Virus record (IMG/VR): IMGVR_UViG_3300021411_000005
Coordinates: 11,909-75,908 of that record
DNA from: a virus
Lineage: Duplodnaviria; Caudoviricetes
Strand: one strand, 5' to 3'
Length of the DNA: 64,000 bases
The notes beneath the pieces are model-generated. The model worked only from the letters and a program-made list of their open reading frames with translations. It made no database searches and had not been told where the DNA came from. Within the stretch, counting starts at the first letter, position 1, and each line of letters begins with the position of its first letter. Position numbers and translations under genes: made by a program. Below are positions 45,766-54,380 of this stretch, piece after piece.

Positions 45766-46070
45766 CCATCATCCTGGAGCAGGCGGAACAGCACTGGGAG
45801 TGCCCGGAGTGCACCGTTACGGCGGTCACCACCGGGCAGCCCAACCGCTTCCACGCCTGCTCCGGGATGGCCGGGCTCCTGGTGGCCATGGTCCCGGCCG
45901 GTACGAAGTGCAAGATGGAGGCCGTGGAGCGCCAGGACTGGGTGGGCGGGGAAGACGTCCAGCTCGATGGCAACGGGCGGCCGGTCATGGCCGTCATCAC
46001 CACCCGGGACGACGGGACCGACTGCACGGTGTACGCACCGACCGCTTACGTGAGGGGTGATCCGCAGTGA
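45762..46070 (+). CDS. Hypothetical protein with CxxC
   Basis: GTGA coupling; HWECPEC. Confidence 0.6.
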   Translation: MTIILEQAEQHWECPECTVTAVTTGQPNRFHACSGMAGLLVAMVPAGTKCKMEAVERQDWVGGEDVQLDGNGRPVMAVITTRDDGTDCTVYAPTAYVRGDPQ

Positions 46071-46582
46071 CCTGGAGCGCAAGCGCGATCTTCCGGGAGT
46101 GGCCGAAGTCGGTCATGGGCCAGGGCCAGACGGCTGCCGTCCTCCCCGCGGCCTACGGCGGCCTGGGTGCCGACACGGTCAAGGCCGCGCTGTTCGGCAC
46201 CACGGCCTCCATGACCCCCGACAAGGACGCGTCCCTGGTCACCACCGGATACAACTCCGCCGCGTCCCAGTGGGTCGTGGCCAACGAGAAGACCGGCTCC
46301 TCCGAATGGGTGGCGGGTGGCCGGACGCTGGCGTCCAAGACGCTAACGACCCCCTCCAGCGGCGTCTTCATGTTCGACGCGGCCGACCTGACCGGCGCTG
46401 CGTCGATCACCATGTCCGGTGTGGCCGGGTGCCTGGTCTACGACAGCACCATCACCGCCGGGACCGGCGGAATCGCTGCCCAGGGCGTGTGCTTCAACTA
46501 CTTCGGCGGGGACCAGTCGGTGACCGCCGGTACCTTCTCCGTCGTCTTCAACGCGAGCGGCGTCTTCCGGTTCACCGTATAG
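46067..46582 (+). CDS. Virion structural protein
   Basis: S/T/G-rich beta-type sequence in the late operon. Confidence 0.65.
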   Translation: MTWSASAIFREWPKSVMGQGQTAAVLPAAYGGLGADTVKAALFGTTASMTPDKDASLVTTGYNSAASQWVVANEKTGSSEWVAGGRTLASKTLTTPSSGVFMFDAADLTGAASITMSGVAGCLVYDSTITAGTGGIAAQGVCFNYFGGDQSVTAGTFSVVFNASGVFRFTV

Positions 46583-46594
46583 GGGTGATCCGCT

Positions 46595-47947
46595 GTGGCG
46601 GTCGCGTTCACGAAGAAGGCTTCCGGCCAGTCCGGAACCGCATCCACCACCATCACTCTCACGCTGGCATCTGCTCCGGCGGCCGGGAGTTTCCTGCTCT
46701 TCGCCATGGCCGGGGACAAGAACACCGGAGCCCTGACACTCAGCGGCTGGACGCAGCTCTTCACCCTGAACTCCACGTCGGTGTCCCTGTACTTCTGGTA
46801 CAAGGTCTCCGACGGGACCGAGACGGCCATCTCCCCGTCCTGGGCCAGCTCTTCGGCCACCGGCAATGCTGCCTGGTACGGAGAATTCGATGACGCGTCC
46901 GTAGGCGGGAACACCTGGCAGATCTCCGGCCAGGCCAGCCACAATACGGATGAAACCAACGTCACCTCCTGGTCCACCGGGACTACCGGGACCATCTCCG
47001 CGGCCGGGCTGGCCGTAGCCGTCATCACCATGGATTCCGCGGACTCCGTGGTGGACGGGACCACGGCGTGGACCAACAGCTTCGCCTCCCTGTTCACCAC
47101 CCTGGCCAGCGCGGGCGCGCGCGGCGGTCTCCACATGGCCGACCTTCTGGTCAGCTCCGGCGGTACCACGGAGACCACCTTCAGCTTCACTGCGTCCACC
47201 ACGCTGCGGGACCAGCTCTCCGGCGCCATCGCGGTCATCACCAAGGTGGCATCCGGGACCAGCGCGCCCGCCGGGCAGGGCGCGGCCACCGGAGCGGCCC
47301 AGGACGCCTCCGCCGCGCTGGCTGCGCTGCCGGATGCACCGGCCGCCGCGGGAGCTGCCCAGGACGCCTCCACGGCGCTGGCTGCGCTGCCGGACACTCC
47401 GTCGGCCGCGGGCTCCGCACTCGGTTCTGTTGCGGCTGTGTCGGCGCTGCCGGATGCACCGGCCGCCGCGGGAGCTGCCCAGGACGCCTCCACGGCGGCC
47501 GGTGCGCTGCCCGGTGCCCCCACGGGCTCCGGCGCCGCGCAGGACGCCTCCGCCGCGCTGGCCGTACTGCCGGACACTCCGTCCGGCGCGGGCGCTGCGC
47601 TCGATGCCACCGCGGTGGCCGGGACACTGGCCCTGCCGGGAACCGCGGCCGGAACCGGCGCCGCGCAGGACGCCTCCACGGCACTGGCCGTACTGCCGGA
47701 CACCCCGTCGGCCGCGGGTACGGCGTACGGCGCCATCGGATCCAGCTCCACTACGGCGCTGGCCGGGCTGGCAGCCGGTACCGGCACGGCGTACGGCGTG
47801 AACCAGGGAGCGCCCCAGACACCGCTCCGGGTCCGGGTGCACGGCCGGGAGCCGGTCGGCAGGGCCGGAGGAACGGAGCCGGTATCGTCGTGGTCGGGGA
47901 GAGAGCCCGCTGACCGGGCCTTCGGAGAGGAACTGGGGACGCCGTGA
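46595..47947 (+). CDS. Fibre-like structural protein with 20-aa tandem repeats
   Basis: S/T-rich N-domain, then about 8 units like GAAQDASTALAALPDTPSAA. Confidence 0.7.
   Translation: MAVAFTKKASGQSGTASTTITLTLASAPAAGSFLLFAMAGDKNTGALTLSGWTQLFTLNSTSVSLYFWYKVSDGTETAISPSWASSSATGNAAWYGEFDDASVGGNTWQISGQASHNTDETNVTSWSTGTTGTISAAGLAVAVITMDSADSVVDGTTAWTNSFASLFTTLASAGARGGLHMADLLVSSGGTTETTFSFTASTTLRDQLSGAIAVITKVASGTSAPAGQGAATGAAQDASAALAALPDAPAAAGAAQDASTALAALPDTPSAAGSALGSVAAVSALPDAPAAAGAAQDASTAAGALPGAPTGSGAAQDASAALAVLPDTPSGAGAALDATAVAGTLALPGTAAGTGAAQDASTALAVLPDTPSAAGTAYGAIGSSSTTALAGLAAGTGTAYGVNQGAPQTPLRVRVHGREPVGRAGGTEPVSSWSGREPADRAFGEELGTP
47270..47780 (+). repeat. Intragenic ~60-bp tandem repeats
   Basis: gccggatgcaccggccgccgcgggagctgcccaggacgcctccacggcg recurs exactly 120 bp apart; other units are degenerate. 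Confidence 0.85.
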
Positions 47948-48282
47948 CGGCTGAACTGACGCTTGGCCCGTACGTGACCGGAGAGAAGCCTGCCCCGCTC
48001 CAGTACCAGTTCCAGGACAGCGACGGCGTGGCTATCGACCTGTCCGGCTACACCGTGGACTTCAACGTCTCGGAGCAGTACGGCGCGCCGTCCACTTTCA
48101 CCGGCTCCCTGGTGACCGGCGGGACGACCGGCTGGGTCCAGTACACCTGGACCGGAAACGAGTGGCCGACGTCCGGCCGCTACTTCGCTCAGTTCTGGGT
48201 GGGGAACGGAACCAACCGGTTCGCGTCCCTGCGCATGGAATTCGACGTGGCCCAGCCGGTCGGCGTGGTCCCGAGCATCTGA
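47944..48282 (+). CDS. BppU-like / Ig-fold structural protein
   Basis: IDLSGYTV...GWVQYTW...GRYFAQFWV. Confidence 0.55.
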   Translation: MTAELTLGPYVTGEKPAPLQYQFQDSDGVAIDLSGYTVDFNVSEQYGAPSTFTGSLVTGGTTGWVQYTWTGNEWPTSGRYFAQFWVGNGTNRFASLRMEFDVAQPVGVVPSI

Positions 48283-48294
48283 AAGGCGGGTCCG

Positions 48295-48612
48295 GTGAGC
48301 ACTGAATGGACAGACCTGGGGGACGGCCATTTCTACCGCTTCGCCGGATGGTTTCCTGACCGGGACTTGAACCCGCAGTACGACGGCATCCCCGACGTGG
48401 CCAGGTATGCGGCGATGGTCCGGCATCTCACCCCGGCAGGCATACCGTGCATGGGTGGAGTCACCTTTGACAGTGAGACCGCCCGCCGAATCGAACCGGG
48501 GAAGCCGACGTGGACTGTCGAGTCGTGGGAGCCGCTGACTCTGTCTCCGTCACTGCTCTGTAGCTGTGGTGATCACGGATTCATCCGTGACGGAAGGTGG
48601 GTAAAGGCGTGA
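48295..48612 (+). CDS. DUF6527-like protein
   Basis: WTVESWEPLTLSPSLLCSCGDHGFIRDGRW; lower GC than neighbours. Confidence 0.6.
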   Translation: MSTEWTDLGDGHFYRFAGWFPDRDLNPQYDGIPDVARYAAMVRHLTPAGIPCMGGVTFDSETARRIEPGKPTWTVESWEPLTLSPSLLCSCGDHGFIRDGRWVKA

Positions 48613-49412
48613 CTGCGAACTTCGGGCCCTGCGCCCCCTGGGATCCGATCTGGAACTGTGACGTGTCGGTGAAGTCCCCGACGGCCACCGGCTACGCTGC
48701 GCAGGCCGCCACGGAGATGGTCTGGGCCCTGTCCGGCCGCCGGTTCGGCGCCTGTCCGGTGACGCTCCGGCCGTGCCGGAAATCCTGCTACGGGGATCCC
48801 TGGTGGAGCGCGTACGGCCCGGCCTGGTCCAACGTCTACTCCGGTCCCGGCTACAGCTACGGGACGTCCTGGGGGTTCTGGTTCGACATGGGCTGCGGGA
48901 GCTGCTCCGGCGGCTGCTCCTGCTCCGAAGTGTCGGAGATCGTCCTGCCGACGCCGGTCAATTCGATCGTTTCGGTGAAGATGGACGGTACACCGATGGC
49001 GACCGGCGCTTATCGGGTGGACAACAACCGGCTGCTGGTGCGCACCGACGGTCAGCGGTGGCCGCGCTGCAACGACCTCTCCAAGAACGACAGCCAGCCG
49101 GGAACCTGGTCCGTCACTGCGCTGTACGGAGAAGACGTCCCGGTGTCCGGGCGGCTGGCCGTCGGAGAGCTGGCCTGCGAGATCCTCAAAGCCATGGCCG
49201 GTGAGGAGTGCATGATCCCGGCCGGTGTCGTCTCCCTGGTCCGCCAGGGGGTCACGATCAATCTGCCGGACCCGGGTGATCTGTGGAAGGGGGGCAAGAC
49301 CGGGCTTTACCTGGTGGACGCCTTCACAGCCACGGTCAACCCGGCCGGTCTCAAGCGCCGGTCGCAGGTCTTCAGCGTGGACTACCCGGGGCCGCGGAGG
49401 GCTGGCACATGA
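48609..49412 (+). CDS. Head-to-tail adaptor
   Basis: MVWALSGRRFG.C, CEILKA...C, RQGVT; position. Confidence 0.7.
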   Translation: MTANFGPCAPWDPIWNCDVSVKSPTATGYAAQAATEMVWALSGRRFGACPVTLRPCRKSCYGDPWWSAYGPAWSNVYSGPGYSYGTSWGFWFDMGCGSCSGGCSCSEVSEIVLPTPVNSIVSVKMDGTPMATGAYRVDNNRLLVRTDGQRWPRCNDLSKNDSQPGTWSVTALYGEDVPVSGRLAVGELACEILKAMAGEECMIPAGVVSLVRQGVTINLPDPGDLWKGGKTGLYLVDAFTATVNPAGLKRRSQVFSVDYPGPRRAGT

Positions 49413-49909
49413 TGATCACGGGTGACCTGAAGTGGTACGCCGTGGAGAAGATCCTCCTGGACGCGGTCTACAACGGTCTGACCACCAAGCCGGACCGCTG
49501 GGGCATCGTTCCCGGCGCCATCCCCTGGGACGCCTGCGACTGCGGCATGCTGGCAGTCTCCTGGGCCCAGACCTGGCTCAGCGACACTTTCCCGGATGAG
49601 CAGACTGCCGTGGTCGGCAACTGTGACGCGGTCTGGGAAGTGTCGGAGATCGTGATCCAGCTCATCCGGTGCGCGCCGGGTCCGGACAGCCAGGGCAAGC
49701 CGCCGACCTCCAAGGCCCAGGACACCGCGGCCCAGTTGGTGGCGGTGGACGGCAACCAGCTCGAACGCCTGGTCTCCTGGGCCCTGTGCCAGATGAAGGA
49801 GGACGGCCAGGTCTCGGATGCGATCATGGGGCGGAGAACATCGCAGGGCCCGGAGGGCAACTGCGTAGGGTCGGAACTGCGCGTCTCCGTGGCGCTCGGA
49901 AGGGGCTGA
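49409..49909 (+). CDS. Neck/tail terminator-type protein
   Basis: ATGA coupling; position between adaptor and gp10-like gene. Confidence 0.55.
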   Translation: MMITGDLKWYAVEKILLDAVYNGLTTKPDRWGIVPGAIPWDACDCGMLAVSWAQTWLSDTFPDEQTAVVGNCDAVWEVSEIVIQLIRCAPGPDSQGKPPTSKAQDTAAQLVAVDGNQLERLVSWALCQMKEDGQVSDAIMGRRTSQGPEGNCVGSELRVSVALGRG

Positions 49910-49914
49910 CGGCC

Positions 49915-50286
49915 GTGGCCGAATTCATCACGCTCAACGCCAGCGCTGCCCAGCGGCTGGCTGTGAAGTCCTCCGGACCCCAGGTGGCCAGTACGACCCG
50001 CGCGGTCGCGCGCTACGCCCGGCTGTACGCCCCGGGCTCGATGAAGAGCCAGATCCGGCCCATCAGCACGGGCGGTCCGTCCCCGATCGGCATCGTGATC
50101 TGCGACCACCCGGCGTCCGTCTTCGTGCTGCGCGGAACCAAGCCGCACATCATCAAGCCGAAGAAGCCCAAGGGCCGTCTGGTCTTCACCCCCAGGGGCT
50201 CCGGGACCAAGGTCTTCGCCCGGCTGGTGCACCACCCCGGGACCAAGGCGAACAACTTCCTGCTGAAGGCGCTGCGCTCCGTCTGA
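49915..50286 (+). CDS. HK97 gp10-like neck protein
   Basis: GTKPHIIKP...VHHPGTKANNFL. Confidence 0.7.
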   Translation: MAEFITLNASAAQRLAVKSSGPQVASTTRAVARYARLYAPGSMKSQIRPISTGGPSPIGIVICDHPASVFVLRGTKPHIIKPKKPKGRLVFTPRGSGTKVFARLVHHPGTKANNFLLKALRSV

Positions 50287-50323
50287 CCGGCTCCGGAAAG
50301 ATCATGGATTTTCCGCCCGTAGT

Positions 50324-50752
50324 GTGATGACCATGAAGGATTTCACGCGGGCCCGGAAGAAGGTCCAGTTCCTGATCGACGCCGACACCTTCACTGGTGT
50401 GGACGCGCTTCCGGCCGAAGTGATGATGGACTTCACACTCCGGTTCGAGGCCATGGACGAAGAGAGCCCGGCCGACGGCATCAACGCGCTGAAGGACGTC
50501 CTGGACACCGTGCTCCTGGACGACTCCGCAGCGCGCTTCCGGGAGCGCATGGGCAGCAAGACGGATCCGATCGAGCTGCCCCAGGTCAACGACGTGGTGA
50601 TGTGGCTGCTGGAGCAGTACGGGATGCGCCCTACGGAGCAGCCCTCCAACTCTGTGGTTGGGCTGCCATCCCAGGTATCTGGCATGAGCTTGACGGGGAC
50701 TACACCGGCCGTGGAATCGACCTCCTCTCTCTCCCCCTTGACCGGTTCCTGA
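50324..50752 (+). CDS. Tail assembly chaperone
   Basis: Immediately upstream of the tape measure gene; ends ...GMRPTEQPS... Confidence 0.75.
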   Translation: MMTMKDFTRARKKVQFLIDADTFTGVDALPAEVMMDFTLRFEAMDEESPADGINALKDVLDTVLLDDSAARFRERMGSKTDPIELPQVNDVVMWLLEQYGMRPTEQPSNSVVGLPSQVSGMSLTGTTPAVESTSSLSPLTGS

Positions 50753-50982
50753 ACGTCGTCTATTACGCCATGCTCCAGCGCCTGGACGCCCCGGAAGGCA
50801 AGGACCCGGAGCAGGCGCGGAGAGAGTTCGACAACAGCCTTGGTGTGTCCGGCTGGAGGACGCCAGGGGCCGGGTCCGAACCGGCCGAAGAGCGTGAGCC
50901 CGGAGCGCCGCTGTGGTGGCAGGGCGAAGAGGAGGCCAGCGCGGCCTTCCTGATGTCGCAGGGGGTAGTCCTGAATGGCTGA
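50630..50982 (+). CDS. Tail assembly chaperone extension (-1 frame)
   Basis: Overlapping -1 frame ORF lacking a clear RBS: ...WHELDGDYTGRGIDLLSLPLDRFLNVVY... Confidence 0.6.
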
Positions 50983-53900
50983 AGAGGTCATTGGACGCGG
51001 ACTGATCGAAATCCTTCCCGACTTCCGGAAGTTCGGGAAGGAGCTGGCCGCGTCGATGCGTACCGCGCGGTCCCAGCTCAACGGTTCGGCCGCCGGACTG
51101 CGCGCCAGCGCGGGCACGATCTTCACCTCCATGGCCAAGGTCGGCAAGGGCGTGTCCGTGATCGGCGTCGGCGTGGCCGTCGCGTCGGTCAAGATGGCCG
51201 GTGACTTCCAGGCGGAGACTGCCGTCCTCCAGACCGCGGCCGGGGAGACCGCGGCCAACCTGGGGACGGTCCGCAAGGGGATCATGGACATCTCCAAGGG
51301 CACCGGTACCGGCTTGAAGAACCTCACCGACGGCATGTACACGATCGAGAAGGCCGGGTTCCGGGGAGCCGACGGCCTGAAGGTGCTGAAGGCCGCAGCC
51401 CAGGGCGCGAAGGAAGAGAACGCCGACCTGGCCGACGTGACCAACGCCATGACATCGGTCATGGCCAGCTACCACCTGGGGACCGACAAGTCCGTCCAGG
51501 TGATGAATGCCCTGAAGACGGCCGCGGGTGAAGGCAAGATCACCATGGAGGAGTTCTCCGGTGCGCTGAGCACGGTCCTCCCGATCGCGTCGGCCAACAA
51601 GATCTCCCTGGCCCAGGTCGGCGGCGCCATCGCCACGCTGACCCAGCACGGAACGTCGGCGCGGGAGGCCACCCAGGAGCTGGCAGCCACCATCCGCAGC
51701 CTGGCCGCTCCGAACAACGTGGCCATCCGGGAGATGGCGCGCTTCGGCATCACCTCCACCGACGTCAGCCAGAACCTGGGGAAGAACGGGCTCACCGGCA
51801 CGATCGACATTCTGACCAAGGCCATCACGGCCAAGATGGGCCCCAGCGGGAAGATTCTCCTGTCCGCCTTTGAGGGGACGAAAGAGTCGGCAAAAGACGC
51901 TCAGATCGAGCTGAAGACGATGCCGAAGAGCCTTCAGGACGTCGCCAAGTCCTATCTGGCAGGGAAGATCTCCCTGGAGGACTGGAACCAGAACATGAAG
52001 TCCACTCCGGTGAACCAGCAGCCGATGCTCCGGAACTTCAAAACCCTGGTGGACCGCAGTCACGGATTCTCCCGTGAACTGAAGGCGGGCGGCCCGGCGG
52101 CCAAGACCTACACCGACGCGCTGAAGAAGATGTCCGGTGGCGCGATCGGCCTCAATACCATTCTCCAGCTCTCCGGCGAATCGTCGGCCGGTCTGGAAGA
52201 GCGTGTGAAGAAGGTCGGGGAATCCTACGGCAACACGTCCAAGGACGTGGAGGGCTGGAAGGTAACCCAGGGCCTGTTCAATACGCAACTGTCCATCATG
52301 AAACAGAACATCCAGGTTCTGATGGTCCAGTTGGGCACCAAGCTGATCCCTATTCTGATGGGGATGGTCCACTGGTTCAGCGAGAACCAGAAATACGTCA
52401 TCATCCTGGCCGGGGCCATCGCAGGTGTTCTCACCCTGTCGGTTGTGGCCTTCGCGGCCAAGACCGTGATCTCCTTCGGGAAGGCCGGGCTGTCAGTCGC
52501 CAAGTTCGGGCTGTCGGTCGCCAAGCTGGGGGTCAACCTGGTGCGCGGCCTGGCCAGTGCCAGCGCGGCGGCCAGCTCCTCTACCGGACTGGCCGGAACG
52601 CTCGGAGGGATGATCCGCAAGGGGCTGTCCCCCTCCACGTACTCCTCCGCCTTCGCCACGCTGCGGATCCGCAGCATGTACGCCATAGACGCGATCAAGA
52701 GCGGGTTCCGGTCGGCCGGTACGGCCGTGGCCGGGTTCGCCAGCACAGTGAAGACGGCTGCCGTGTCCACGGCCACCACCGCCTGGTCCGGGATCACCAC
52801 GGCGGTCTCCGCGGTCGGCCGCGGGATGAAGACGGCGGCCATCGCCACCCGGGACTTCGCCAAGGCGCAGTACGAGAGTGCCGTGGCCGGAGCCAAGGCC
52901 GGGATCATCTACGTGGCCCAGAAGATCAAGACCATTGCGGTGGCTGCTGCTACCGGTATCGCCACGGCAGCCCAGTGGCTGTGGAACGTGGCGATGGACG
53001 CCAACCCCATAGCCCTGATCATCATCGGCATAGCAGCGCTGATTGCCATCGTGGTGGTGATCGCCACGAAGACCACCTGGTTCCAGACCATCTGGAAAAT
53101 CACCTGGAAGGCCATCACCACGGCCTTCAACGCCACGTTCAATTTCATAAAGGACCACTGGAAGCTGCTCCTGGCAATCCTCACCGGCCCGATCGGGATA
53201 GCGGTTCTGATCGTCACCAAATACTGGAAGCAGATAAGGGACGGAGCCAGCGCTGCCCTGTCCTGGGTCAAGGGTCACTGGCCGCTGCTCCTGAGCATCA
53301 TCACCGGGCCGATCGGTGCAGCGACGATCTACATCATCCGGCACTGGAAGCAGATCTCCGACGGAGCGAAGAACGCTGTAAACAACGTCACCACCTGGTT
53401 CCGGGGACTTCCCGGGAAGATCTCCGGAGCTGTCGGCAAGCTGTCCGGCCTCCTTTACCGTTCCGGGAAGAACACGATCAGCGGACTTCTGTCCGGTGCA
53501 CGTGAAGGTCTCAGCGCGGTCGGCACTTTCGCCAAGTCCGTGAAGGACAAGGTGGTCGGGGCCATCAAGTCGGTGTTCGGGATCCACTCCCCGTCCACCG
53601 TGATGGCCGGGCTCGGCGGTCACATGATGTCGGGCCTCTTTAAGGGCCTGCTCTCCGGTAAGAACGTTCTCAACTCCGTTGTGAAGAGCATTTTCCACAA
53701 CCCGCTCGATGCAGCCAAGGCGCTGATAAAGAACGGCGTCAACGTCACCGGATTCCTGGGGAAGAACGCAGGCAAGCTGGCCAGCCAGCTCTTCGGGGAC
53801 CTGGGCTTCGGCGGGAGCGGTCCTCCTGCCGGAGTGAACCAGACGCTGGGCAAGCGGATGATGGAGGCCATGGGCTGGGGCTCCGACCAGTGGCCCGCCC

Positions 53901-54376
53901 TCCAGAAGCTCTGGAACGGGGAGAGCGGCTGGCGCTCGGACGCGCTGAACAAGTCGTCCGGCGCGTACGGCATCCCGCAGTCCCTCCCGGCCAGCAAGAT
54001 GGCCAGCTCCGGGTCCGACTGGCGCAGCAACCCGGCAACCCAGATCGACTGGGGACTCCGGTACATCAAGTCCCGGTACGGGTCTCCGGGTAACGCCTTC
54101 GCGTCCTGGGCCGACCGGAACCCGCACTGGTACGACAACGGCGGCTGGCTGCCCCCTGGGCTGTCTCTGACGATGAACGGGACCGGACGGCCGGAGCGCA
54201 TCCGTACGGCGTCCCAGGAGGCTGCTCTGGGCCGGGGCGGGGCCGCCACGGTCAACCTGACTGTGGTCAACCAGGGGGTCATCGGTTCCAAGGCGGAGAC
54301 CCTGAACTGGCTCACCAAGGCTCTGGACGAACTGGGGCGGGCTCACCGGATACCCACCTCTGTAAAGAACGGGTGA
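50975..54376 (+). CDS. Tape measure protein with C-terminal lytic transglycosylase
   Basis: 1133 aa helical; W-spaced repeats; LWNGESGW...GAYGIPQSLP...NPATQIDWGLRYIKSRYG. Confidence 0.92.
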   Translation: MAEEVIGRGLIEILPDFRKFGKELAASMRTARSQLNGSAAGLRASAGTIFTSMAKVGKGVSVIGVGVAVASVKMAGDFQAETAVLQTAAGETAANLGTVRKGIMDISKGTGTGLKNLTDGMYTIEKAGFRGADGLKVLKAAAQGAKEENADLADVTNAMTSVMASYHLGTDKSVQVMNALKTAAGEGKITMEEFSGALSTVLPIASANKISLAQVGGAIATLTQHGTSAREATQELAATIRSLAAPNNVAIREMARFGITSTDVSQNLGKNGLTGTIDILTKAITAKMGPSGKILLSAFEGTKESAKDAQIELKTMPKSLQDVAKSYLAGKISLEDWNQNMKSTPVNQQPMLRNFKTLVDRSHGFSRELKAGGPAAKTYTDALKKMSGGAIGLNTILQLSGESSAGLEERVKKVGESYGNTSKDVEGWKVTQGLFNTQLSIMKQNIQVLMVQLGTKLIPILMGMVHWFSENQKYVIILAGAIAGVLTLSVVAFAAKTVISFGKAGLSVAKFGLSVAKLGVNLVRGLASASAAASSSTGLAGTLGGMIRKGLSPSTYSSAFATLRIRSMYAIDAIKSGFRSAGTAVAGFASTVKTAAVSTATTAWSGITTAVSAVGRGMKTAAIATRDFAKAQYESAVAGAKAGIIYVAQKIKTIAVAAATGIATAAQWLWNVAMDANPIALIIIGIAALIAIVVVIATKTTWFQTIWKITWKAITTAFNATFNFIKDHWKLLLAILTGPIGIAVLIVTKYWKQIRDGASAALSWVKGHWPLLLSIITGPIGAATIYIIRHWKQISDGAKNAVNNVTTWFRGLPGKISGAVGKLSGLLYRSGKNTISGLLSGAREGLSAVGTFAKSVKDKVVGAIKSVFGIHSPSTVMAGLGGHMMSGLFKGLLSGKNVLNSVVKSIFHNPLDAAKALIKNGVNVTGFLGKNAGKLASQLFGDLGFGGSGPPAGVNQTLGKRMMEAMGWGSDQWPALQKLWNGESGWRSDALNKSSGAYGIPQSLPASKMASSGSDWRSNPATQIDWGLRYIKSRYGSPGNAFASWADRNPHWYDNGGWLPPGLSLTMNGTGRPERIRTASQEAALGRGGAATVNLTVVNQGVIGSKAETLNWLTKALDELGRAHRIPTSVKNG

Positions 54377-54380
54377 CCCG

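Noticed and set aside
47270-47780. Regularly spaced repeats resembling a CRISPR array
   Set aside because: In-frame 60-bp coding repeats without unique spacers; no cas genes
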